Under the pieces are notes generated by a model. The model searched no databases. It saw only the letters and a program-made list of their open reading frames with translations, and was not told the origin of the DNA. A stretch of DNA of 64,000 nucleotides from Eledone cirrhosa (taxonomy: Eukaryota), in assembly GCA_964016885.1 (NCBI GenBank), contig OZ024746.1:12214001-12278000 (forward strand), given 5' to 3'. The position numbers and the translations under genes were made by a program. This document shows, piece after piece, positions 38,081 through 52,424 of the stretch (the first letter of the stretch is position 1; every line of letters begins with the position of its first letter).

Positions 38081-38215
38081 GAATCAGAGTGTCCAACTTT
38101 GCCTGATAAACAACCGCGCTCTTTGAAACTGCCAGTGCCGTTACCACCACAGCTCCCTAAAAGGAGTCGACCACATTCATTTGTTGCAACTGGATCATCA
38201 CTTGTCCAGTTTAAG
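38081..38215 (+). CDS. DOCK3/4: DOCK-B tail exon ESECPTLPDKQPRSLKLPVPLPPQLPKRSRPHSFVATGSSLVQFK
   Basis: TACTAAC branch site then ctgtag|, donor AAG|gtgtgt; 45 codons; PxLPxK/R motifs. Confidence 0.8.
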
Positions 38216-40417
38216 GTGTGTCAATATTGTAGTCAATCCAACCTTTTTCCGTCATTGCTTTCTTCCTTAAGTGGTGTCTCATTTCAATCTACTGCTTTTG
38301 CTTCTTCTCACAGAAAATACTTTTATTTTCTTCTACCCTACAACTTTCTTATTGTCTCCCAGCCTCTCTTTATTCCATCTTGGTTATTATTATTATTATT
38401 TTTTTTTTTTAAATATAATTTCTTGACTGATTTTATATATTTATTTATTTATTACCGTTCTTTCCTTTTGTACTTTCTCCTTTCAGTTCTTCTCAATTCT
38501 TTGTTTCGCTGACCCATTTTACCTCATTATTAATTTAATCTTTTATTTAATTATTAAATTATTTTTATATTCACTTCAACCATTACTCTTCCTCATATTT
38601 TCTGACATTTATCCCTGCTCATCTATCTGAATGTTGCCCCACACCATTATTTTTGCATTTCTCTTCTATTATATTTCTTCACTATCTAAAGAAATTTTTT
38701 CAAGATATCTCTGAAGAGTCATACTCCCCAGATATTTAAACTGATTTTATAGGAAATCTCTTCATAAACCCCACAAACTAGATACTCCTTATAAAGTAAA
38801 AGGCTTATTTTAATTTTGGTTTTGATTATTATTTAGTAATTATATATATATATATATATATACACATTGTATATATAATGTATATGTATGTATGTATTTA
38901 TATATATATATATATATATACAAATATACATACACACATATTCATGTGCACACACACAGTATATATATGTATAATGTACACACATATCATCATCATCTTC
39001 ATCACTTAGCAATAGTTGTATGGGTTATCACAGATCTTTCAAATGGACCAGTGGCTGTACCTATACTTTACAGATTGCACTGTGCATTTTATCAAGGCAC
39101 TAGTTCAAGTGAAATCATGTCTTTGATACAACTGAAGAAACCTCTCAACCCTTTGTTTGGCTTAATGCTCTTTCTATCACCAAACACTTTACAGTTGTAT
39201 GTAGAGTGACACATTGTATTTATACACAGTGCATTATATTTGTACAAAACTTGCAAACCTGATAATAATTTATCAGTTTTGAAACTTTGCTGCACATGTA
39301 GTAGACATTGTATAATATACTTGCGTAATATGTTGTTTGGTCTCTGATCTCTTCACATTCTTATTGCTGTAGTTCAAGAACCATGGACAATTGCACCAAT
39401 GCTCATCTATATGTTGTTGTTTGGTCATTAATGCTAATGTATATAATGCTGATGTCCTTAATTCTCATTGGCAAAAAAGTGACGTCATTCGTTGGAAGTT
39501 AGCTCCCAAGTTGCAGCTCATCCGCCTTCGACACAAAGATGAAGCCGTTGGCCACAAGTTATCACCAAAGTGACTAAGGAGTCCCATCAACTCCAGTTTG
39601 GAAAGCAAAATGATCCTTCTCCAAGACAGACTGACAACCAAGGCTAAGGAGCTCTGTTTACCCATATTGGAGGGCTGTTGACTTTCCTGAGTTCCTTTGC
39701 CATTTGATGGGTTATGTTTTTCATCCAGCAGGATGTCCAAAAATCATGCTCCACACCAAGCAAGCTTGGAGAGGTCGCTGGTTTTGCCATTGATGACCTG
39801 ACCATTTTACAGGTTGTACTGAGTTACATGTTACCAGTAAAGCTCAGGGGTGACCTAACTACCAAAATGGTTTATGTTGGGAAGGGTATCTAACCTTAGA
39901 AATCAGGCCATGCAAAATGTTGAGAAGACTCTTCAGTTATGTGAAGGATACAACAACCTCCCTAGTGTTGGTGCTATAATAAAATGCACCCAATATACCC
40001 TGTAATGTGGTTGGCATTGGGAAGGGCATCCAGCTGTATAAATCATGTCAACACAATAAAAGAATATATCTTATTTTATCTGACCAGCTTTTGAATTAAA
40101 GCTACAAAAAATACAACTATAGCCTACAAACCAACTGACCATGGCAAATTACCACCTTAACAATAACAAGATCCCATGTTACCATTCTACAATTCTAGTA
40201 CTAACAACCAACTTCTACCTTTTGGTTAACGCCCCCCCCCCCCCCCCCCCCCACCTTCCACATACATACCTGGCCAAAATTGTATATATATATATAAATC
40301 GAGACAGTCAAACCATATTGTTTTAAATTAGTATTTTTTCAACCTAGCTAACTTGGTCATTTGCAATTCGAACACATGTATACTTGTATCGGTGTTCATC
40401 CCTCTCATATATTCAAT

Positions 40418-40470
<53 letters not shown>

Positions 40471-41307
40471 AACAAAAGTAATACCACATTGTTTCTCTGA
40501 AGAAACTTAAAATATCAACTTGCTTTGCTAAGACATTATAGCCATGTTGTGAGAAACTCAAATAAATGAAATACATATCATCATCATCATCATCATTTAA
40601 CACACATATGTATACATACATACATACGTGTTTATGTAAATGCATATATAATAATAATAATATGTGTGCGTATATATATATATATGCGTGTGTGTGTATG
40701 TATATATATATATATATATATATGTGTGTATATATGTATATATCTATCTATCTATCTCTATATATATATATTATTTTCATATATTCTGTATGTTAGTAAA
40801 TAAATAAATAATAAAACAAAGTAAATTTTTTTTAAATTGGCAGATGTTTATATATATTTTTTCTTATCTTATTTCGAAAATGTCTCACTCAATGCTCAAT
40901 TCTTAATTCTTTAATTACCTTTTTATAAAGCAGTCTTTAAGGAAATGGTTTGGTTGCTCTGCATGTTAGCCTCTAATGTTGTTTGGTGAAGCTCTGTGCA
41001 ATTTTGTTTTACATTGGTTCTCTCTTCATTTATATTTCCTTGTTTGTTTTTTTTTGTTTTTTTTTTCATGTCTCATCATTCGACACCCATTCATAATATA
41101 TGGACCGCTGTATGTACACGTGTGTGTACATATGTACATTCACACATGTGTATGTACATATGTGTGTATTATACGTCTGTACACACACACACATGTGTAT
41201 GTACATATGTGTGTATTATATGTATGTACACACACACATGCATTCAGCTGTATGTTCAATACAGTTGGATGTACATTATACACAAAAAAAGGTATTAAGT
41301 GTGTGTG

Positions 41308-42525
41308 TCATCATCATCATCATCATCATGATCATCCAGTTTTTGATTATGCAGGACACAATTAATCCCTAAGTAGGGGTGGATCCTGCCTGACAGCACT
41401 CCTTAGTGTCCCCCCCACTCCATGAGTTTCTGTCTGCTGGTCTCACTTGGGCCAGGCCAAGCTTAGCTTGATCCCGACAGACATCCTATCCTTTTTGGTC
41501 TTTCTGGGCGTCTACTGCCTCTTGGATCGACATTCATCACTTTGTTGATCCAGCCCTCGCTGCCCTCATCATGGCTATACCAGTGCATGCATCTCATGTG
41601 AACCCCATCCTCGAGGTCATCGATCAGCAATCTTTTCAGGAGCTCAGTTAAGCTTACATTATCCTCAGGGGTCACACCGCACAGATCATAGCTCTGTCAT
41701 TTCTTCTGAGTCGATTCAGACAGTCGGATGAAGTGGCTCAGTTCTCGCAAGCGTGGAGCAACACGCTTCTCACACAGGTGTTGTAAATCCAGCACGTCTT
41801 GAGGATTGGAAGAAGCTGCCTAAACTTGTTCCATGTGGAGTTGCACTGCGCGATGACAGCGAGCCCAGCTCCACTTCCAGCCAACAACGTCACCCAGGTA
41901 GCAGAGAGATGCCACCACTTGCAGCTTGTCCTCACCAACAGGCACCTCAGTGAAAGGCCAACCATCAATTGGCCTTGCTGTCCCTTAGCACCTCTTGCAT
42001 CCGAAGTCGTCTGTGTACACCAGTACATCGGTTAGACCACTGCATCTCTTGTGCACCCACATAGAGCAACCTTCACAGAAAACTGCACCTTGACCCGTGC
42101 CCTTGAGACAGACGACACATGGGTCCCTGCCCAATTTCTGGAGAGTGTCCAGGCCAGAGCCAGAGATCAGAACTTTGGTCTTAACCATGTTAACATGTAG
42201 TCTTTTGCTCTCCATTCCATCTTTCCAACACTATAGTTTCTCGAGCAGCCACTCCGTGCTTTCTGCCAGATGATGTCATCATGAGCAGCCTGTATGGAAT
42301 TCTCGAGACAGGGCCTCCAAGACGACTATGAAGAGTAGTGGACTGAGACTGGAGCCCTGGTGCACACCGACATTGACTTCAAACTCTTTTCTCAGACTAC
42401 TTCTGACCCGAACTAAACTGCAGGGCATCCTGATACATGCTTTAAACGAGCTTTATCAGCCACCTCCTCCACACTGAGCTTCCTCAGGGACCACCAGTTG
42501 ACCTGTCTGGTTAGTCGATCAAAAG
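41308..42525 (-). mobile_element. RTE-clade LINE 3' fragment (decayed RT, Cys/His finger, C-terminus)
   Basis: VGVHQGSSLSPLLFIVVLEAL; VNMVKTKVLIS..PCVVCLKG..FCEGCSMWVHKRCSG; multiple frameshifts; (GAT)n tail. Confidence 0.88.
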
Positions 42526-42588
42526 TGTGTGTATGTATATATGTATATGTGTGTGTGTGTATATATATAAATATATATGTATGTATGT

Positions 42589-42922
42589 ATGTAATAAAAG
42601 ACTGATAAGTTTCATGAAGCCAGTACGATGCAGTAGAAATATATAGAGGGTGAAGGATGACTTAAAACAAAACAAAGTGATGTTTTACCCAATATATTTC
42701 AACATGATATTTCAGGGCTATTACCCACTTTTCAAATGTGAATTAATTGGTTCAAAATGAAAACAATCGATGTGTTCTTACTTAACTGGCCTGTTGGCCT
42801 GTGTGTCTCAAACATGTTGGAATACACTGGCTAAAACATTACTTTGTTTCTCATCCTGTGCCCATTATATATTTCTACCACATTGTACCAGCTTCATGAA
42901 ACTTATCGGTCTTTTATTACAT
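42589..42922. repeat. Imperfect inverted repeat, arms about 110-120 bp, spacer about 100 bp
   Basis: atgtaataaaagactgataagtttcatgaagc... pairs with ...gcttcatgaaacttatcggtcttttattacat. Confidence 0.85.
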
Positions 42923-43857
42923 ATCTTACAATGCTTTGTATTAACTATACCAATATATATATGTTTGTGTGTTTGTGTGTGTGTGCGTGTGTGCATGTGT
43001 ATGTATATATGTATGTACATATATGTATATGTATGTACACACACATATATATATATTTGGTGACCTTGCACTGGTAAATCAGGTTTTTTACCAGGCATTC
43101 ATTCCCAAGTAGACACGAGTCAGGGTTTCTGAAGTTGCATAATCTAGTTGGCACCAGTGTATCATCAGTGGGATGTTTAGCGGAGAAGCCAGAGTGACCG
43201 GCCTCAACCGTGCTGAAGGTCACCTGCATAGGATCTCTAGCACCCATAGTGATGTTGAAATTGTATATACACACACACATATATATATAATAGTATATAT
43301 CAGCCATCTTTGTTTACAGTTGTCTGAAAGATAACGGCGCATGTATCTGTGCAAAAGCACAATCTAGCATATATGCAGGGTTTGAAACCAGAGGTAGCAA
43401 CATTTATATGTTGAAGACAATAACCACAATATAATAGTATATATCATCTTCATCATCATCATCATCATCATCTTCATCATCATCATCACTGTTTAACGTC
43501 CATTTTTCCACGCTAGCATGGGTTACATGAGTTGTCCCGTTGTGAGACAAGTCAGATAAGGTGACCGTGTCTTGCTCATACAGAACTGGTTCTGGATGAG
43601 CAAGACACGGTCACACACACACACACATATATATATATATACATATACACATATGTGTTTGTGTGTGACAACATATGAAACACAGAAGTTCCCAAATATA
43701 CATATCAGTGTATAAAACACACAAAAACCACAAGATATGTGATTCTATAAAACAATCATGTTAATATTATTATAACTGATATAATGATAAATCTTTTCCA
43801 CTATATTTATGGGCTTTGTTGTTGTTGATGTTGTCAATGTTAGTAGAGTAGAATTTA

Positions 43858-43904
<47 letters not shown>

Positions 43905-45182
43905 TAAATACTTTGATTTATAATTTCAGTGTTATAATTATTTGATGTGTATTTTCATTTGTTTTGACTTTTTTGTGTTTGTTTGTTTATTTTTATTATA
44001 AATTGTTTTTTTTTTTTTTACAGTTAGTATGTGTGTGTTCATGTGTAGGTGTCATTTGGAGTGGTGTGGTGCGGTGTGGTGTGGTTTAGTGGAATGGGGT
44101 CAGTGAAACGATGAGAAGAATGATAGTGTTAATAATAGTAGTTTTGACTGTGTTGATGGTTTGAGCAAAGATGTCGGTAGTTAATGTGGTAGTAGTGGTA
44201 TTCGTGGTGATAATTGATTTATTGATTGATTTAGAAGTGATAGCTACAGTAGTAGTAGCAGCAGAGTATTGGTAATAAAGGTGATAATGGAAGTCACAGG
44301 AACATGAAATATCCAATGAGATACAGCCTGGAAATGGAAAAAATATTGTCTGTAATTTAGTGAGGAGCTTTCTGCCATTTTGAGTTGACAAAATCATTTT
44401 GTGGTTGTTATTTTCTGGTTGTTATTTTCTGTTAGTATTTGTGGTTGGTCTTATAACTCTGTTGGATAATTATGGCATCACTGAATATCCAATATGAACA
44501 CATTTCATTTGTTTTATATTACTTTATCCAGGGCCAGAGTTGTAAAACATCAATTTTATAATGTTGGTGGAATAAACTATATCATCATGTGGTATCTACT
44601 TAAAACAGCTAGGGGTCTGTGTTTGGTAATCAAGAGTGAAATATCTTGGATACAACATAATGCTGATCATAATATAATCTTGTAGTTCTATTGGCTATTT
44701 GTTTTGATAGTCCACTCAGCCAGACAACCTCTCAGCCAGACAACCTCTCACTTTCAACCAAAAATTTAACAGAAATATATCTAAGAATAAAACATAACCA
44801 AAAATATTGCTGGCATAGCTTTTGGGAAATGGTTTTATCTGATGAAATCGTAACAGAAGTTATTATTTTACTCTTCTGTTATTCCCAAGTGATTCCTATT
44901 GAGCAAACATCTAATCAACTATCTCCTAGCTGAGACCAAGACTAACTGGGCTTTTTTTTTTGTTTTTGTATAGTGTATGTAGGATTACATTATACATTAT
45001 GTCCTTCTTATTTTTAAGATTGTAGAATGTAATTTAAGTGAAATTCAGCAGCTATTTCAAGCAGGTCAACCAAAGTGCAGAGGCTCCAACATTGACCCAT
45101 TATTTTTGTTTACTAAACATGACTCAGTCAGTCAGATATGCTATATCTGTTTATTCTGCTTTGTCCCAGATTTGACACTTAA

Positions 45183-45376
45183 CCCTTTTGATACCAAACT
45201 ACAAGAAACCAGCTTTGGTTCTGTGAAACAAAGCAACCTATTCTAAAGGGTTCCTATTTAAGTTTAAATTTCTCAACCTAATTTTATATAAGAACCATAT
45301 GTTAAGTTACTATATCAGTAATAAAATAATTAATAATTTTGGTAGTGCATTTCATTAGAAATATGGTAACGAAAGG
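45183..45376. mobile_element. Second piggyBac-type MITE family
   Basis: TTAA-CCCTTTTGATACCA ... TGGTAACGAAAGGG-TTAA. Confidence 0.75.
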
Positions 45377-45773
45377 GTTAAATAACAAATTTATCTAACA
45401 TACAAAGAATTTATACCATATTTATATTTTACATATCCATTCACTATTGCTGTAATTAATGTTTATCTTAATTGGGAAAAGCAAAATATCTGAAGAAGAT
45501 AAGGTATTGGACTATCTGCTCATAAATTATTAGTTCATTGTATTTCTTGGAAGAAATATAGTTTATTAAGATTTCTTAGTTGTTAGGGTTAGGTACGATT
45601 CTGAGGGAAAATGTGAGAAGTGTTGGTTAATATTACACTGTGGGATACCTTGCTTAATTATTACCTTGTTACTGTGAAAATTCTTTGTGATATTTCAGTA
45701 GAACATCTCAATTTTCTGCTCTAAAAAACTAATGATTTTTCTTGTTCTTATTTTTTAATTTTTACTTTTACAG

Positions 45774-45795
45774 AAACCAGTAGAGCCTTCCAAAA
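45774..45795 (+). CDS. DOCK3/4: 22-nt DOCK-B microexon KPVEPSK(T)
   Basis: ctaat branch site, long T tract, tacag| and |gtgagt; supplies the phase 0 to 1 shift needed by the next exon. Confidence 0.78.
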
Positions 45796-45924
45796 GTGAG
45801 TTAACCACTTTTTTTCTTTTTTCTTCACAAATATTTGAAGCAGATATTGTTTTCCATTGAAATACAAAAGCATAATTGTAACAATAGGAATACTGTCATA
45901 AATATAATGGTGGTATAATGTGGC

Positions 45925-46140
45925 ATTTATATTACTCTATATTTACTTTTGTATTTTTGTGGTAAAGGCTTTACCTCACATAAGTATCTCACATAATAGC
46001 GAATCTACAAGATTTTGATGTTATTTATTTTGAAAACAATACCTTAACATAAGTACGAGAGGCCAATTATGGTTGGTTTAAACAGAAAGAGGTGAGAGAA
46101 TTCTGGCTGGATACGGCCAGTTTAAATGCTAAAGGGTTAA
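45925..46140. mobile_element. piggyBac-type MITE with decayed left TIR
   Basis: internal sequence matches 25201-25408; ends TAAATGCTAAAGGG-TTAA. Confidence 0.8.
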
Positions 46141-47605
46141 TTAAATTGATCCTGTAAAGAGATATGAAAATCCAAGTTGGCTATGGTTGGATTTAAAGAC
46201 TGAAATTTGAGGGACAAAGCTAATACAGTATTGCTTTTAATATGTGACACTTCAGTTTATGTGTCCTCACAATTTCTCACATTTATTTATAATATTCATT
46301 TTTTTTCCCTTTATCATTAGTAAAAAACCCTAAATTTTTTTCTGTGGGAAAATGTATAGTTAGTTTAATTGACACTAATATTTAATTGGTATTTATTTTA
46401 TCAGTCATAAAGGGATTTAAAAAATCCCAGCAAAGCATTCCACTGGTTCTGCCATCTACTACAACCATCATCACTGTTCCCTGCTTGGGTTGGATGGGTT
46501 GTTATGTATTAATGCTAGACTTGGTTATGTCACTGTTTTGCTATTACATTCATTCCATTTTGGGTTTGGTTTCTATGGCTGGCTGTCCCTCCTAATGCCA
46601 ATTACTTTACAATATATACTAGGAACATTTTATTGGAACTTCAGCACTACCACCTTACAAGGTGGACAGGGTGTTATATTTTTGTTGTAACACCAGATCT
46701 ACCACTTTACAATGCAGACCGGGTGCATTGTCACATTACAGAGTGGACTCGGTGCTTTTTATGATGGTACCAGCACTAATACATTACAGAGTGGACTGGG
46801 TGCATTTTATTGTGGCACCAGCACCACCTCATTACAACACTATGGTTTTGGTGTGTCTTTGGTCTGACTGGGAAAGCACTGATGGGAGTGGGGGGATGCA
46901 AACTATATGCTAGTGGCAGGGTGGGGGTCCCACCATAGGAAAGGAAGTGACCTTGAAGCAAGTAGGTGGTGTCTGACATATTGTGGGATGTGCCCAGATT
47001 TCCATATTGGCCTGAGTTGGACAGGAACGAGTAGTCAGGGAGGGCAGCATGGTTTGGTTAGAGAAGGTCTGCCTTAGCTTTCCACACTGGTGTGGGTTGG
47101 ATTAGGAAGGGGTGGGTGATAGAAGGGAATGATTAGAGCGAAGCGTTGGTGGGGAATTGAGAGGGGGCTTAATAAAGAATGACCATTGTTGTTGATGTTA
47201 TATACCCCTGTGAGTTGTACTTCATCAGATTTATGATATTATTTCCAGAAACTCATAACATACTCCTATTGGTCAAACTAGCAGCAAATATTTCTTTCCT
47301 ATCAGCCAGTAAATAAAAGATTACACACTCTAATGGTGATAACTGCTCATATTTCCATTCAAAACTTATCTAAAGCAATAGGAAATATGAATTTCACATT
47401 GAAAGTGAAACTGGTGTAATATTCACCTCCAAAGCAAAAATATTTTAGCACCTCATTTACATAAAATTTTGAAGTTGGTGAAAATCAACAAAATATTAGA
47501 CTCTTCATTTTATCATTGATTTTTTTTTTTGTCAGTTTATATACGAGTATATACAATATATGTTCTATAATGTATTTTGTGTTTCTTCTCTTTCAAATCC
47601 TCTAG

Positions 47606-47683
47606 CACCTTCTCCTTCTCCTGGTGCAATCTCATTACCTACTACCCCTTTAGATCCAAGGGTCAATAACAGAAGAGTATCAG
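47606..47683 (+). CDS. DOCK3/4: DOCK-B tail exon (T)PSPSPGAISLPTTPLDPRVNNRRVS(E)
   Basis: cctctag| and CAG|gtatgt; phase 1-1. Confidence 0.82.
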
Positions 47684-47990
47684 GTATGTGTCATTTGTTT
47701 TTTGTTTTGATTTCTTTTACAAGTTAGTCAGGGGAAGAAGATCAACATACTTGACCTTTACAAGCCATGCCAGACTTGCGACATTGATGTGGCTCAATAT
47801 CTCTGTAATCTCCAACAAAAGACAATAGCGCTATACAAACACCCTTCAGTAAACCGTATCAGGACCCTGAATGTTGTAATTGTTATTTCATCACCCACTG
47901 GTGTCAATAGAGCTAATCACTTATTCAGAGGCCTGGCTATTTATAGCCATACCTTCATATAGATATCATCATCATCATTGTTTATATATA

Positions 47991-48187
47991 TGAGTGGGTG
48001 TTGAAAAGTTCCTGGCTTGATTGCTGCTTACAGAAGCCTGGTTGGAGGCCCAACCTTTTGAGTTATTTTTACAGGGCTTAGAAAACTTGAAGGACTGCTG
48101 CAAAAAGTGTGTTGAATAAAATCACAATTAACTGATCCTCCTGCGTTTTCTTTTACCCAAAGCCAGGAACTTTCCAACACTCCCTCG
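47991..48187. mobile_element. Tc1/mariner-type MITE
   Basis: about 28-bp TIRs GAGTGGGTGTTGAAAAGTTCCTGGCTT / AAGCCAGGAACTTTCCAACACTCCCTC; left flank (TA)n. Confidence 0.75.
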
Positions 48188-49171
48188 CGCACACACACAC
48201 ACACACACGCACGCGTATATGTGTGTGTGTACATTTAATAATTATTTTATTTTCTATGTATTTTAATGGAGGTGCTTATGAATTTGCAATATGTTTATAA
48301 TAAAATAATATATGTCTCGCTATGAGTGTTTTTAAACTATATCTCTGTGACTCTTCTTAAAACATCCATAGTGAGATTTATATATGTTTATTATATATAA
48401 ATATATATAAACATATTGTATATCCCTTACTATACACCTCTATTTTCCATCACGGTATCTTAGTACTACTGCGAATTCACACTTTATTTTAATCTCAGAT
48501 TTTTCCAGCATTCGTTAAGAATTTTTAGAGATTTACTAAAATTATGAATTATTTCACTATACTAAAATAATAACTTAACATGTGGTTCTTATATAAAATT
48601 ATGTTGGATGATTTTAATTTATATAGAACCATTTAAAATAAGTGGCTTTGTTTCATTGAGCCAAATGCAGTTTTGAATGGGTTGGTATGAATTCTTTGTG
48701 AAGAGGTGTTTTGCATTTGTTTTTTGTTGTTTGTCTTTAATTGGTTTAAAATTATCCTAGAAAACATATAATGAAGGGCTGAAAGCTTTTTTGCATTTAC
48801 TTCAAGAGTGAGTTCATTAATTGAAACGAATCGCATTTAATTAGAAAAATGATTATATATATATAATGAATAGGATATATATATGTACATATATATAATA
48901 AAGTATGTCCATAGAATCATTTGATAAGATATATACACCATCTCCTATCCCAATCAGCATAATCAACCACACAAAAAAACAATTTAACCAGGCTATAAGA
49001 TTAAAAGTCACCTATGAAGAAATAATAGATAAATAAACGACAGCCATCAATTCGCTATCAACAGCTATAGAATATTGAGCCACATCGTGAATGGTTGCCA
49101 AAAACATATATATATATATCTATGACTTTGTCTAGTTTGTGTATATGTAAATCTTTATATATATATATATT

Positions 49172-49522
49172 TCATCATTTCATTTTCATCATCATTTCAT
49201 TTTACGTCCGCATTTCCCTGCTTGCAAGGGTGGGACGGGAACTGATTCTGGCTTGATTTCTACAGCTGGATGCCCTTCCTAACACCAACCTCATTTACAG
49301 TGAGTGCTGGGTGCTGTTTTGCCGTGGCACCTCCACGACCACTTTGCAGTGGAATGATAGGGACTGGGGTCCCTATCATCTCATTTCTACAGCTGAGTAA
49401 ACTGGAGCAATCTGAAATAAAGTGTCTTGCTCAAGGAAACAACACATCACCCGGTCTGAGAATTGAACTCACAACCTTTCGATTGCAAGGCCAATGCTCT
49501 AACCACTAAGCCATGTGCCTCC
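49172..49522 (-). mobile_element. SINE family A copy
   Basis: reverse complement of 244-583. Confidence 0.9.
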
Positions 49523-49905
49523 ATATATGTGTCTTTATATATATATATATATATATATATATGAATGTATATATATATGTATATGAATGTATATATATGA
49601 ATGTATATGTATATATATCTATAGTAATAATAAATTTGATGACTAAAATCCAAAGAGGGCTCGATAAGGATAAATATATATCAGATATATAAGAACCGTA
49701 GAGGAATGTATATATATGTATAATGAATGTATATATATATATATAGGAGGAGGTTATAGTTCACTTGAAGCATTGTGTAATGAGGTATAAACGTTTGTAT
49801 ATGTATAATAAAGCCAAAACAATGCAGGTATGGACATAGAATAAAGAATGCAAATGCAAAAGATATTGTTGACAATTAGTCTTTTACCTTAGATTTATTT
49901 AAATG

Positions 49906-49943
49906 TCCTTAATTTTCGAGATAATATCTCTTCTTCGGAGGGA
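49906..49943 (-). ncRNA. Variant minimal hammerhead motif in a pLTR remnant
   Basis: minus strand cct-CCGAAGA-a-GAGAT-att-ATCTC-GAAA-ATTA-agg. Confidence 0.5.
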
Positions 49944-50043
49944 AGTAAAGCGGTTAAACCAGTGTTCTAAATAGCTTGCCAAGTCATGCTGACAGGAAAT
50001 GGTATAGAGTATCTGTTCTATCTATAATGGCGAAGATATATAT

Positions 50044-50163
50044 ATAGGAACGAGTAGGACCCCGACGGCTGAGCTGAAGCCTTTCGACGGCTAATTCTGG
50101 ACAGTCCAGAATTAGCCATCGAAACGGCTTGAGCTCAGCCGTCGGGGTCCTACTCGTTCCTAT
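50044..50163. repeat. 120-bp near-perfect palindrome (foldback), 1-nt loop at 50103
   Basis: arms ATAGGAACGAGTAGGACCCCGACGGCTGAGCT... differ by 2 mismatches and 1 indel. Confidence 0.95.
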
Positions 50164-50225
50164 TACCCACTCTACTACCCTAAGTATTGAGTACTTTGGT
50201 GCGTTATAGTCCATCTGGTTCCTTA

Positions 50226-51060
50226 CCACATTTCCTTCGTTATATATATGGTGCAATAAGTAGCAGCAAGTGCCCACTGAATACTAGCTCATTCCATTGC
50301 ACAGATGGTTCTATAGAAATAGTGGACACCTTCCGTTACTTGGGTGACAAAATCAGCAGTGGTGGAGGGTGCTCTGAAAGTACAGTAGCTAGAGTCAGAA
50401 CTGGATGGAAAAAGTTCAGAGAGCTTATACCACTATTAGCCGCTAAAGGGTTCTCTCTAAAAATGAAAGGCAGGCTGTATGATGCCTGCATACGAACAGC
50501 AATGTTACATAGCAGTGAGACCTGGGCATTGTGTGCAGAGGATATACGCAGACTGGAGAGGAACGAAGCTTGCATGCTCCGCTGGATGTGTAATAGTAAT
50601 ATACGTGAACGGCAAAGCATAAACGAACTAAGGGAAAAATTAGAAATAAGAGGGATCAGATGTTGTTTACTCGAGAGAAGACTACGTTGGTATGGTCACG
50701 TGATGCGCATGAAAGATGACAGCTGTATAAAAAAGTGCAGGACAATAAAAAAAGATGGTAGCCACAGAGTAGGCAGACCCAGAAAAACCTGGGACGACTT
50801 GATAAACTCCGACCTCACACACTTACACCTCTCCAAGACAATGTCACTGGACCGTGATCTTTGGCGTTACACAGTAATACAGAAGACCCGCCTTACCTAA
50901 GTACAAAGTGAAACCTACTACAGTCAGTAGGCACCTCTAACAAAATACACCCCCGTCCCACTACCCCCACCCCATCCACACCACCCCTTTCAATGTAAAG
51001 TTATGTTGGTACCACAACATCCAGTCCGAAACAAATGAGGTCGTGTAGGTATCACGACAA
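50226..51060 (+). mobile_element. RTE-clade LINE 3' fragment with open frame to 50900
   Basis: IEIVDTFRYLGD..ARVRTGWKKFREL..KGRLYDACIRTAMLHSSETW..RRLRWYGHVMRM..GRPRKTW. Confidence 0.92.
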
Positions 51061-51107
51061 AAAAATTAGAAATGGAAAAAGAGTAATAATAATAATCTAT
51101 AATTAAT

Positions 51108-51292
51108 TGTTTCTACTTTAGGCACAAGGCCAGCAATTACCCAGTGCATTACTGGTACTTTATTTTATCGACCCCGTAAGGATGAAAGGCAAAGTCAACC
51201 TCGGCGGGATTTGAACTCAGATCGTAAAGGGACGTAACTATGCTGGAAAGCATGGCGTTCGACCCTCCACCGATACTGCCAATCCACCGCCC
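51108..51292 (-). mobile_element. SINE family B young copy with a 15-bp TSD
   Basis: TAATCTATAATTAAT at 51093-51107 and 51293-51307; almost identical to the 25414 copy. Confidence 0.92.
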
Positions 51293-51447
51293 TAATCTAT
51301 AATTAATAATGTATAATAAGGCATGGGTAAGATTACACTATAATAAGGTATAAAAGTAAGAATAAGGTAAAATATAAAGGAGGATAAAAGTGAAAATAAG
51401 AATAAAGATAAAAAAATATAAAGATATATATATATATATGTATATAG

Positions 51448-51506
<59 letters not shown>

Positions 51507-51564
51507 TGTATATATATGTATATATATATATATATATATGTATGCATGTATATATGAATGTATG

Positions 51565-51603
<39 letters not shown>

Positions 51604-52424
51604 TTATGCATGTCTTCACATTGGCATTGCTTAATTGTTTATGTAGCACATCAATAATATGTTGAACAACATCGTGGTTGGATGAAGATCAGTGAAATAC
51701 CATACTTAGAAGTAAAATCTCGCTGTCAAGCATCTGTCCATAGAATCACTGCCTCAAAATGTCTCATATAACCCATGCCAGCATGAAAAAAAAACAACAA
51801 AAAAAAACAGACATGAAAGTGATAATTATAAGCACACACCTACACAGACATGTGTGTGTGTAGGTGTGTGTATGTATGTGTCCATCATTCCTTCCTTCGG
51901 CCCTCTTCATGGCATGTCTTGCTAATTTTACAACCCAACTGATTCCTTCCAGAATGAAAGAAAGAGTTAAGGTAAGAAAAAGTAAAAAGAATAAAAGAAT
52001 TTCCCCCCAGTATGAAACTGGTATTTTATTTATTGATGAAATGTAAAGTTGACCTCAATGGGATTTTAAGTGAAGTTGCAGAGAACCAGAATACCAGAAT
52101 AAATACTACAAGGAATTTCATTTGATGTTCCAACAACTCCGCTTGATCACACGAATCATTATCATCATCATCATCATCCTCACCAGCACCATTGTCCCCA
52201 TCACCATCATTATCATCATCATCATTATCATCATCATCATTATCATCATCATCATTATTATTATTAAATGCCTGCTTTCCCTAGTAGCAAGGGTTGACTA
52301 GGCATGAAAATAGATGCAACTTTGGAGGAAGTTGGCTAAATCCCCTTAGATTGGATTGAATGAGTTACAGTTAGAAAATGAATCATTTAAAGACACACAA
52401 TCCCTTAAAAGCTACCCATTACAT

